Assembly (NCBI RefSeq): GCF_001194135.2
Contig: NC_068998.1
Span: 37,121,175-37,185,174, forward strand
From: Octopus bimaculoides
Lineage: Eukaryota
Length of the DNA stretch: 64,000 nucleotides
Direction of reading: 5' to 3'
This document shows, in pieces, positions 1 through 11,560 of this stretch. A model generated the notes under the pieces. That model was not told the origin of the DNA, did no database searches, and was given only the letters and a program-made list of their open reading frames with translations. Within the stretch, counting starts at the first letter, position 1, and the number at the start of each line of letters is the position of its first letter. Made by a program: the position numbers and the translations under genes.

Positions 1-281
1 CATGCATACATGTATATATATGCACATACAGACATGACCACCTTATTTCTACAAATGACAACAGACATAATAAATGTCTAAGTGTACAAATGAAAGAAGA
101 TAGATTTCAGAATATGGCGTTGTGTTTATATTCGTAAGAGCACATTTGTTAACTGAGGTGTTAATTTCTCGGAGTTTCATAGACACACAAACCATGTATC
201 TCTAATCGTTCTTCTCTTCACCAATAGTTAGATTTTAGCTACATGCAACTTGAAATATAAGTATTTTCAGTTGTTGATAGT

Positions 282-490
282 CGGCGAGCTGGCAGAGTCG
301 TTACCGCTCGAGGCAAAATTCTAAGCAGCATTTCGTCCGTGTCTACGTTCTAAGTTCAAATTCCACCGGGTTCGACTTTGCCTCTCATCCTTTCGAGGTC
401 GATAAGCTAAGTACAAGTTGAGCTGTCGATGTAATCAACTATCCTCTTTTCCAAAAATTGTTGGTTCTGTGCCAGAATTTCAAACCATTA
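282..490 (+). mobile_element. SINE-A copy, tail type T1
   Basis: Head ggcgagctggcaga (A-box-like), gttcaaattcc (B-box-like), core gtcgatgtaatc, tail gtgccagaatttcaaaccatta. The same ~210-nt unit recurs throughout the window. Confidence 0.85.
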
Positions 491-551
491 GTTCTCATTG
501 GTTCAAGCAGATCACATGCTGGAAATTGTTGCAGGCTGCTGTTGTGGAACA

Positions 552-900
552 GTGTATTATACTACTAGAATGAATGGGAGGTAATCCAATCCAGATTAAT
601 GATAATCGCTTACTTGGATCTGAACCAAGTAAATTTTCTTTATTATGATCGTTGGTCGGTGGTATTTTCTCTTTTGATTGGCTGGAAACATTTCAGAAGT
701 ATGTGTTTGTGGCTGTCTGGGAAATATTGTGTGTTACTACCAGAAAGAATGGGAGGTAACCCAAACAGTAACAAGCGCTTACTTTTTCTACAGTAAGTAA
801 GTTTTCTTTATTATAATTGTGGGTTGGTGTTATTTTCTGCGTTGATCGATTGGAAACATCTCAGGAGAAGAATGTGTTTTTGGCTGTTTGGGATATATTG
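552..900. repeat. Diverged tandem duplication, two units of about 175 bp
   Basis: Shared blocks gaatgggaggtaa, aatcgcttact/aagcgcttact, ttttctttattat, ggaaacat, tgtgttt(g/t)tggctgt and atattg occur in the same order in both units. Confidence 0.75.
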
Positions 901-1382
901 TTTTTCAACGAGGGAGACTCTGCAGTTGTACAATCCGTTAGTGTAGAGGCGCTCTCTAATGATAAAGCAAATTACAGTAGAAAAATCATCCCTTTGGGTA
1001 CTAATATTTCCGATAAAACTTCACATTAATAGTATATATACATTAAATAGATTATGGTATCTGTGTTCAGTCAGAAAAATATTTTTTGCGAGAGATTCGT
1101 GGTTCCTAACAATATTTTTAGTGACGTCTAATTTATAAGTTCTGTTAGATTTGATTACTCTTTCCTTCCTAACTTTCACTGGATATGGATTGGGTAGAGG
1201 TGTGTCTAGGTAGAGGTGTTTTGTGGTTAGCGTTTGAATATATGTTATGTCCTATCTCTTCTCTTTATTCAGCCGGCACCTGACATGATATGTATGGGTT
1301 GATTGGTAGATAGATTGACATTACAAATGTCAGCATGTAAATCCTTCTGAAGACATCTCAAGACATCAAACATCGCAAAGCG

Positions 1383-1795
1383 TTGATGACGATGATGATG
1401 ATGATGATGACGATGACTACGATGACGACGATGATTATGACGGTAGTGGTGGTGGTGGTGATGGTGGTGGTGGTGATGGTGGTGGTACTACTGGTGATGA
1501 CGATGAGGAGAAAGGAGAGGACGACGATGATGATAATGATGGATATGATAGTGGTGGTGGTAGTGGTAGAGATAATGGTAATGAGGATGAAACTGATGAT
1601 GATAATCATCATCATCATCATCATCATCATCATTATGCTGGTGGTGGTTGTTTTGGTTGTGGTGATTGTGATGATGATGGTTGTCGTAGTGGTGATGGTA
1701 ACGAGGATGCTGATGATGCTGATGGTAGTGCGGTGGCGTTCGTGATAGTGATGATTATGATGACGACGACCACGACGACCACGACGACGGTGATT
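1383..1795. repeat. Compound trinucleotide tract (GAT/GGT/GAC/CAT)
   Basis: Directly visible mixed triplet runs. Confidence 0.9.
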
Positions 1796-2300
1796 GTGCG
1801 GTGGAGCGAGAGAGTTCGAAACACGTCGGCGTTATTCTATAAAAGGAAATTATATACAAAAAGAAAATCAAAAGAAAATATCAACAAACGAGATGCAATC
1901 AATAAAATTGCTGAAGATTAAATATGTATTCCAGTTTAGTAATGGAGAACACGATAGCAGTTCAATAAAACTAATCATAGATGAACGCACCGTACAAAGG
2001 ATATGGCGTAACGATTCATTCATTGAAAGAGTGAATGAATAGGGTTGTTAATCACACGTTCCTGTGAAAAGTTTCTTCTAATTAAATGTCTAAATGCCTG
2101 ATAATGTTCTTTTCTTCATTTACAGGTTTTCAGTCATCGAACTGTGGTTACGCACGTGTGTTCGTGGGTGGATGGCTTTTGAGGGCTTTACGTGATTCTG
2201 TGAATCGCATTACTATGTTACGTGTTAATATATATCTTGTAAAGGGTGAAACGCAAGTTCTGTCCAGCTTAGACTGATATAACAGTAGACCAGCCAAACA

Positions 2301-2968
2301 TATGTTTCAAAGTTAGGCACAAGGCCAGCATTTTTTGGGGAGAGCGGTAGGTCGATTACATCGACCCCAGTACTCAGCTGGTACTTATTTTATCGATCTC
2401 GAAAGGATGGAAGACGAATTCAACCTCGGCGGAATTTGAACTCAGAACGTAAACACAAACTAAACATTTTACCCATCGTGTTAACGATTCTGCCAGTCCA
2501 CCGCCTTATACCAGTGAAATTTTCGGATTTTTGCACAAGGCCAGCAATTGTGGGGAAGGTAGGTAAGCCGATTGCATCAACCCCAGTGCTTGATTGGTAC
2601 TTATTTTATCGACCCCCTAAAGAATGAAAGTAAAAGTGGGCACCGGCAGAAAGTGTGCAACACAGAAAGTAAAGAGCCGGAAGAATTACCGCTAAGCATT
2701 TCAACCGGTGCGGTAACGATTCTGCCAGCTCGCCGCCTTACACCAGCGAAATTTTCTTTCTACTCTGAGCACAAGGTCCTAAATTTTGGGGGAGGGGGCC
2801 AAACGATTGGATCGACCCCATTATGCAACTGGTACTTAATTTATTGACCTTGGAAGGATGAAAAGCAAAGTCGACCTCGGCTGAATTTTAACTCAGAACA
2901 TAAAGACAGACGAAATGCCGCTAAGCATCTCGCCCGGCGCGCTAACGTTTCTGCCACCTCGCCGCCTT
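2301..2968 (-). mobile_element. Three tandem SINE-A copies (2301-2507, 2521-2740, 2753-2968)
   Basis: Each shows ggtacttatttt, ggaatttgaactcagaac-like and ctgccagctcgccgcc-like blocks (reverse complement of the SINE-A head). Confidence 0.9.
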
Positions 2969-3281
2969 ACACCAGTGAAATATTAAAATGTAAATCAGTT
3001 CGCCGCCAGTCAGTAATTTTCTTTCCTCTCCAGTATGTACACGCGCACGCACGCACGCACACACGCACGCATACACACACAAACACACACACACACACAT
3101 TAACTATGAAGTTCACTTTGTATCTTTTATTTTTGCGATGTCAAAATTTAGCATCGGTGTATTTAGAAATATACGCGCTCTGAGTTGAAATTCAGTTTCG
3201 GAGTATGTAGCTCCAAGAAAACGTGACCCCTGATAAAGTTTAGAAATGAAATCAATCAGAATGTAGTCTAGATGTAAATAT

Positions 3282-3632
3282 AGGTACAGGCGTCGCTCTG
3301 TGGTAAGAAGTTTGCTTTCCAAACACATGGTTCCGAGTTCAGTCCCACTGCATGACACATTGAGTAAGTGTCTTCTGTTATAGCCTCGAGCCGACCAAAG
3401 CCTTGTATATGTATATATGTATATATCTCTGTATATTTCTTCGTGTCTACGCTTACACCTCCCCCATTACCGCTTGACAACTGCTGTTGGTGTGTTTACA
3501 CCCCTGTAATCTAGTGGTTCGCTAAGAATAAGTATCAAGCGTATAGACATCGATTTAATCGACTAGAACCCTTCAAGAAGGTGCCCCAGCATGGTTGCTA
3601 TCAAACGACTGAAACAAGTAAAAGATGAAAGA
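3282..3632 (+). mobile_element. SINE-B copy (second tRNA-derived family with internal microsatellite)
   Basis: Head ctgtggtaagaagtttgct...gagttcagtcccactg; CORE-like ttgagtaagtgtcttc; internal TA-rich tract; tail cagcatgg...gactgaaacaagtaaaagat. Homologous to 31011-31447 (-). Confidence 0.8.
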
Positions 3633-4181
3633 AATTGTTAAAATTTATTGTATCTTTCTTTAGAAATATACGTGTTCTTGTTTCAAATTCAGTTTGGGAT
3701 TAATGTACTTCCGCGAGAACATGACCCCTGGTAAAGTTCAGAAATAAAATCGGTGGAAATGTAGTCTAGATGTAAATATTGTAAAACGTGTTTTTGTTGA
3801 ATGACACATATAACAGTTCAACAGTGTTATGTTTGATTGATTGAGAGCATGAACATTCTAGATAGGTTTTACTACGGACTTTCCTTTCTTGTATGAAATA
3901 TCTGAAAAACCTCTATTCAGTGAGATATCGATCAACATGAATGTCACAAAGTAATGCATCTGTTTCCTATTGTAAAGTTTCTACACATATTAGTTTGACA
4001 TGTTAAATGTGATGGAGTTCCTACTTGCCATCAGGATGAATAGACAATTCACTAGTCAGGTTTGTGATATATTTACTGATCAAACAACACACGCACGCGC
4101 ACGCACATACGCACACACATGAATACACATACACACAGTCACACAAGCATCCACAAATGCATACTTATTTTGTGTCCATTC

Positions 4182-4221
<40 letters not shown>

Positions 4222-5086
4222 TTATATATACATATATACATGTATATATATGTATATATATGTACATATAGATATGTATATATACATATATTTATATAAA
4301 TATATATATATATAAATATATATGCATATATATATATATATANNNNNNNNNNNNNNNNNNNNNNNNNNNNNNNNNNNNNNNNNNNNNNNNNNNNNNNNNN
4401 NNNNNNNNNNNNNNNNNNNNNNNNNNNNNNNNNNNNNNNNNNNNNNNNNNNNNNNNNNNNNNNNNNNNNNNNNNNNNNNNNNNNNNNNNNNNNNNNNNNN
4501 NNNNNNNNNNNNNNNNNNNNNNNNNNNNNNNNNNNNNNNNNNNNNNNNNNNNNNNNNNNNNNNNNNNNNNNNNNNNNNNNNNNNNNNNNNNNNNNNNNNN
4601 NNNNNNNNNNNNNNNNNNNNNNNNNNNNNNNNNNNNNNNNNNNNNNNNNNNNNNNNNNNNNNNNNNNNNNNNNNNNNNNNNNNNNNNNNNNNNNNNNNNN
4701 NNNNNNNNNNNNNNNNNNNNNNNNNNNNNNNNNNNNNNNNNNNNNNNNNNNNNNNNNNNNNNNNNNNNNNNNNNNNNNNNNNNNNNNNNNNNNNNNNNNN
4801 NNNNNNNNNNNNNNNNNNNNNNNNNNNNNNNNNNNNNNNNNNNNNNNNNNNNNNNNNNNNNNNNNNNNNNNNNNNNNNNNNNNNNNNNNNNNNNNNNNNN
4901 NNNNNNNNNNNNNNNNNNNNNNNNNNNNNNNNNNNNNNNNNNNNNNNNNNNNNNNNNNNNNNNNNNNNNNNNNNNNNNNNNNNNNNNNNNNNNNNNNNNN
5001 NNNNNNNNNNNNNNNNNNNNNNNNNNNNNNNNNNNNNNNNNNNNNNNNNNNNNNNNNNNNNNNNNNNNTATATATATATATATATA

Positions 5087-5285
5087 TAATGTAACCTCGT
5101 GGGCATCGGTACCTTTTTCCTCTTTCTCCGTTCTTCCATTCTCCGAACTTTCCATCTTTCCGACGATGGGCTACGCCCGAAACGTCATACACTCTCTCTT
5201 TCCTTTCCTGAGCGTCCAATAATACTATCCATATCACGTCCTCACTTTGTTGTTTTTTTTTTGTTTTTTTGTTATTGTTTTTTGA
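5087..5285 (+). mobile_element. Penelope-like element terminal fragment with minimal hammerhead-like core
   Basis: ccgacga-t-gggc-tac-gccc-gaaacgtc at 5160-5186, then a pyrimidine-rich tail; both ends sit in (TA)n. Confidence 0.5.
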
Positions 5286-6719
5286 ATTATATATATATAT
5301 ATATAAATATGTGCATTTAGATAGATATACATATACATATACTTATATGCATTTAGATAGATATACAAATACATATACATATATGCATTTAGATAGATAA
5401 AGATACACCTTTTCATATATATATGTATATACATTTAGAAAGATATAGATATACATACATACGCACATATTTCTGGACATTAGCATATATACATATTTTT
5501 TGTGTGCTTCTGTATCTATGTTTGCGTATCTCTGTTTGTGTATATGTATGAATGTCTGTAAGTATATTTGCATGTACATATACAGTCACAAATACGTGCA
5601 TATGTGCTTCTGTGTTTTTCTACGTTTCTACGTTTATATCTATAGATGCGTATATTCTATATTGCAGTATATTTTCTCATTAGAGTGTTTTATGATCTTC
5701 GATGAAAAATTACTCAGTTGCAGAACCATTTTAGCCAGATGAAGACGAATTGAATTTGTCTTAACGACACGAAGAAGAAAATACATTATTCTTAACACAC
5801 TTTTATATGTTGAAGAACTGGAGTCTTTAACAAAGACAGATTTATTGCCCTGTCCACATATTTAAGATGTGTAAGACAAATGTGAATGGCATAAAGAACA
5901 TAAAACATAATAAACCATTACAAAATCTTCGAGCACGTAATACACTAGTTTCATAGAGCACATTAAAAGTTCTGAAGCTGTATTTCCACTTAGTGTGTCG
6001 AATCAAAACACGATTCGAATATATCTTATATATTTCTATTCAGTGAGGAAAGCTCGCAAAATTTGATTAGACAACTAGAAATAGCTGCTATATTTTCTTT
6101 AAATCATACCCTGCTCTTTTCAAAACGGGAAAAGCACATCGGATAATGTCAGTCAAAGATAGCACTGAATGAACACAATGCTCATGGTTAAAATGCCTTT
6201 GATCAAAATTCCCATATGTTAATGTGATCCAGGATACATTCATCATGCTTAAGCATGATGGTCGTGACTGGAGAATCCTTTGAACATAACTCTCATCTAT
6301 CGGGGATGACATAGAAATGAAGAGCAACATCTGCAATGGAGAATACATATGAACACGACATTGGTAGAATAATACGTTCTGTGTACATAGATTAATGGAA
6401 CTAAATACTTTAATACAATTAATCTGTCATTCTTCACCACGAATACATTGTTGAAAGGATTTTAATCAACGCTTTCATATAGTCTTAATATTATTGTTAC
6501 AGTTGTTTTATTTAGTTCCTACTCTTCCTTGAGGAAGGTGACCTGTAATCAAACGCGGTTTCGCCGTAGTCATCCTGACCTTTTCTTTAATTGGTTTAAT
6601 TACTGTGTTTCTTTCTTGCTTGTTAGTTTTTTTCTTTCCTCTTTGAATTTGAGATGGAAGTGGGTACTGTTTCCAGCAGATTAAATTCCACGTAGATATA
6701 TAAGCAGAAAATGAATGCA

Positions 6720-6889
6720 AGCATGGCGGTGCAGTTAGAAAGTTAAATTCTCAATCACGTAGTTCTAGGCTCGATTCCACTGTTTGGTATCTTAAGCAAA
6801 TGCTTATACTACATCCTCGTTTTGATTAATAACCTTGCCTGGAATTTGTAGGAAAAAAACTGCGCTAAAAGGCCGTTGCAAATGTATGC

Positions 6890-6922
<33 letters not shown>

Positions 6923-6945
6923 CGTGTGCGTATGTGTGCGCGAAT
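6720..6945 (+). mobile_element. Degenerate SINE-B 5' half ending in (TG)n
   Basis: gcatggcggtgcagttagaaag...ctcgattccactg...cttaagcaaatgctt aligns by eye to the SINE-B head. Confidence 0.55.
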
Positions 6946-7622
6946 ATTCATATCAAGAAGGATGTAAACATCAGCAAGAAAAACGAATGAAACACTCCCT
7001 TAGAATAAAGTACAACATGATATTTCATGCTCCTTTTTCATTCTCAGTTTCTGAAATGTCATGAACCAGCAATTGGCTTGTTGAAAACTTGTAAAAATAT
7101 GATATTATTTTAACAATTGTGATAAATTTGTAATATAATAGTATACACAATAAAGAAATAAATGATACGAAAAAACATGATTTGCAGTTTGATTCGTTTG
7201 GACTAACGCCATCTTGCTTGGGATTTAACAATGTCGTGCGTAACGCTCAACAGTAGCTGGCATCGTTCCAGATATCAGTACATATGAACTGTATCTATAT
7301 ATTTGTTATATCTGTACTATTGCAGAGGTTTACTGTTCTTAGAAACATCGGAAACAACCGCAATGTAAAAGTGAGGGGTGTTTTATTACTGCCACAGGTT
7401 CAAGGCCAGAAGTTTCTGTTCAGTCGTACGGCTAATACAGTGTAAAGTATAAGGACAGTGAACTCGCAGCAATCAGCCTACCATAAAGTAGAGTGGTTTA
7501 TTTTACCAGTGTAATCTGTAGCATTGCTGCAACAAGTCTGTGTTTATTTCGTTTGCTTGTTGCGGAAATATTTTAACGAAGATACGATGAGTATGATATA
7601 AGTGTGATATTAGTCAGAAATC

Positions 7623-7956
7623 ATTGGCTTCAAATATATTCCTCGTCGGAATTTGAACTCAGAACTTAAAGCCGGATGAAATGCCACTAAGTATTTTTCC
7701 CGGCGTGCTAACGATTCTGCCAGCTCACCGCCTCAGTAATATTTGTTCCAAACTTTTACATAAGGCCAACAATTTTGGGAGAGGGGTAAGTCTATTATAT
7801 CGACACCACTATTTAACTGGTACTTATTTCATCGGCCCCGAAAGGATGAAAGGCAAAGTCGACTACAACAGAATTTGAAATCAGAACGTGAAGACGGACG
7901 AAATGCCGCTTAGCATTTTGTTCGGCGTGCTAAAGATTGAGCTAGCTCACCGCCTT
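7623..7956 (-). mobile_element. Two tandem SINE-A copies (7623-7732 internally deleted; 7741-7956)
   Basis: ggaatttgaactcagaac and ctgccagctcaccgcc blocks occur twice. Confidence 0.85.
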
Positions 7957-8134
7957 ATTGCTCAGAAATATTACATGAAAATCAGATGGCCGAATTAGTT
8001 ATGAAACTCACCTGCGTGCTCGATGAGAAAATAATATGAAATGCTTTTCAGCGCTATGCAAACTGCATGTTAAAGCGTATATTGTATAGAGAACATGAAG
8101 AAATATAATACAAAAGTATGTATATGTGTGTATA

Positions 8135-8139
<5 letters not shown>

Positions 8140-8187
<48 letters not shown>

Positions 8188-8271
8188 CTCAATCTCTTTT
8201 TCAATACGTATATATACAGATAGATAGATGTATAGGTAGATAGATATATAGATAGACAGACAGACAGACAA

Positions 8272-8325
<54 letters not shown>

Positions 8326-8350
8326 GGATAGATAGATAGATAGATACATA
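8140..8350. repeat. (CT)n followed by (GATA)n microsatellites
   Basis: Directly visible. Confidence 0.95.
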
Positions 8351-10227
8351 GTATACGTATACATACCTATATAACCATATTGGTTTTCTTGGAAGTTCAT
8401 ATAAGATAGGCAAATGAAATGGAAAACAAACAAAATATCCTCCAACAATATTAGAATATGATAAAGGGATCCAGGCATTAAAAACGTTTTAGTTTTCATT
8501 TTTATAATCCCGGTTTTAGCTGGAAAGCATATTGATTTGATAAAATTACCTGGCGAAGGAAGCAAATGTATTTAACGATACACACACACCTAATTATAAT
8601 AACATCATAAAATTACAATAACAAGCAAAAAGCATATTCACTACAAAATTATACAATTATCAAAATATAATATTATATAAATCATAAAAGGAAGAACATA
8701 AAACAGTTCTGTTTCTTTGTTTTCTGTTTGAAACGTTTCTTAGAGAAATCTCAAAAGATTAAATCGAATATATAAGTTTGTGATGTAATTCCTGAAACTC
8801 GCTTTGCATATGTGAAATTCGTGAATACCTTTAGCAAAATCAATTCCTCGTCTTTATTAATCCTTAGAAATCCCTTATCTGAATTATCAGTTCCTTGCTT
8901 AGAAGCATACCGTTAAATTTATAAAGGCGGTGCATGGCTTTCATGATTCGAAACGGTTTCGATTTAAGACATTTTACGATAGTAACGTGAGAGATGTAGA
9001 TGTGTTTCTATTGGGATTCTAAACTACATATTTAATTATTTTCATTTCTTATTAAACTTTTATGTAAATATATACTTTATATCGCAAAGCTGTCATCGGT
9101 TATAAATTCGCACGGGCCAATAATTAGTTCACTGTATTCAATGATGGCATACGTGACAAGTATGTCTCAATGTAACTCGGGTAGAACAGAAATTTCATTA
9201 CCATTCGAAAGTCACTGTGGATACAGTAAAACAGTGATTTAAAGAAATCACTGATATCAGAATTAGTCGGCACAATAAATAACAATTTGTAATGAACATC
9301 AGAAACAGTATTACTTCAAAGTAGTAGCTTTGTAGTTATGCGATGCGCTTCGAGAAACATTATTCCAAAACATTATTCATTTCACGTTCTCTCGAAAGTT
9401 TATAACGTTCTTATGACGTCAACATTTATATATGTGTGTGTGTGTGTACATATAGAGGGAGATAGACAGCCCGACAGACAGATAGACACACAGATAGATA
9501 GATAGATAGATATGAAAGTGAATTGTAGCGGGTACTGAATGTCATACAAGATGATGACTAAATTTTTAAACTTCCCCTAGTAACAGTGAAGGACAAAACA
9601 TACCTAGAGGTAATTTGCTAACAACTCAAGAAAAGAAGACGAGATAATTTTAGTAGGCTAACTTTAAATTCAAGATTGGATTAACAAACTAGCGCAAAAA
9701 GAAAGAAAAGAACTTTTCTTTCTTCCTTTCAGAAGCGAAGCATAGCTATAACCAATATGTTGCTGTCTCTTTTTTATCCTGTTGGCATAGCATTTCCCTT
9801 TCTCGTTTCTATTTAGTTTTAAGACATTGAACAAGTACAAAGCGAATCATGCATTTTCTTGGCCCCAAGTGATCTACATAATTAAACGTAAAAGGAGCCA
9901 AAAGAAAATATCCATAGTAGGTCAGTGGCATGTATTTGGTAAACAGAGAAGAAGAGGGTAAAATAAATGTTGTACACGAAGTTTGAAATTTCTTAAAATT
10001 GCCTTTCAGAACCAGAAGTGGGGTGGGGAGACAACTGATGATAATTGTTTACAAATTTGAATGAGAAGGGAGGTAATATCAAGGAATCACAAATAGGGGA
10101 CTAACTGTAAGGAATTTAAGGGGAAATTCACTACTACTCCAACTCCTCCTACTAATACTACGCCTACTACTAGAAAAATAATCACTCTACTACAACTACT
10201 ATTACTAATAATAAAGGCCTTTATATT

Positions 10228-10610
10228 TATTTCTTTATTGCCCACATGGGGCTAAACATAGAGAGGACAGACAAAGGGATTAAGTCAATTACCTAGACCT
10301 CAGTGCGTAACTAGTACTTATTTAATCGACCACGAATGAAAGAAAGGCAAAATCTACCTCGGTGGAATTTGAACTCAGAACGTAGTGACTGTTAAGTATT
10401 TAACGTGCTACGATTCTGGTACTGCACAAGGCCAGTAATTTCGGGGGAGTGAGTGAGTCGAACTCGGTGGCATAATAAATATAATTCTTTCTACACTATA
10501 AGCACAACGACCCCAGTATTTGGCTGCTACTTATTTTATCGATCCCAAAAGGATGGAAGGAAACGTCGACCTCGTCGCAATTTGAATTCTGAGCAAACGC
10601 CGGATGAATC
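10228..10610 (-). mobile_element. SINE-A cluster; first copy has tail T3, later fragments T1/T2
   Basis: tatttctttattgcccacatggggctaaacatagagaggacagacaaag joined to the SINE-A core; further fragments at 10420-10460 and 10484-10610. Confidence 0.75.
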
Positions 10611-10843
10611 TCCTCAAAGCAGCTCCTGATTTGGGTACAAGTACTTATACAGCTCCTTCTTATCCCAGCTACACCTATCATAGGTCCAGGATAGAATGGA
10701 CGGGAGAGATCCTAATGCAGTCAGCGAATGCTGTATGAACATTTAATGTGGTTTTAGAGTCAAAGTTTGACTTCTATTTCAAGCATGGTGGTATCTCTTA
10801 CATACCCCAAATAATAGTTTATATGTGTGCATGTATGTATGTA

Positions 10844-10891
<48 letters not shown>

Positions 10892-11521
10892 AACAGTGAT
10901 GCACATATCCTTTGGCGCACGGGATTTTGTGTTGTCTTTCTATAATTTCTAGGATTCAAAATGAGAGATAAAATTGAATTGGAGTAAGTGTGAGATGGAA
11001 GAAGACAGAACGGAAGGGAGAAGGAAAGAGAGTGAGAGACAAGGGAGGGGAGGAGGAAGAGAGAGAGAGTGTGAGTGACAAGGCGAGAGAATGGGTGTGA
11101 GAGAAGGATAATGAAGTTAGATAGAGCGGGCGGAAGTGTGATTAATAGATATGGAAAGTTTCAGAAAGTGAAAAATAAAGAAGAGAAGAAAGATTATCAG
11201 TTGAAACATCTACGAATAGCGAGAGAATCAAAGAAACAAATGAAAAGAAATGACCGCTTCCCATTAAACAAATGCCACAACACGCTCCTATGTACGCATT
11301 TATAAATAGCACACACACGCACAGACACCTATAAACATACATACAAATGTCATACTTTGCGATCTTTGCAATAATATATATTTTGATGGGTTTACATACA
11401 TACATACAGAATACACACACACACAAACGCACACGCGCACATATGTATATGTATATGTATATATATATACGCGCATGCATATATTTATGTATATATGTCT
11501 GTGTGTATATATATATATATG

Positions 11522-11560
<39 letters not shown>

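Noticed and set aside
1318-1921. Long open frames encoding poly-Asp/Gly/His or poly-Met/Val
   Set aside because: By-product of a GAT/GGT triplet tract. No splice context or domain, and open on both strands.
2126-2245. Candidate 120-nt upstream cyclase exon (good acceptor ttcatttacAG, GT at 2246)
   Set aside because: Two frames have stops and the open one (FQSSNCGYARVFVGGWLLRALRD...) does not resemble the expected M1 helices. RNA-seq would be needed to revive it.
2289-2981. CRISPR-like periodicity (short repeat every 220-230 bp)
   Set aside because: The spacers are homologous SINE copies, the repeat is only 11 bp, the DNA is eukaryotic, and there are no cas genes.
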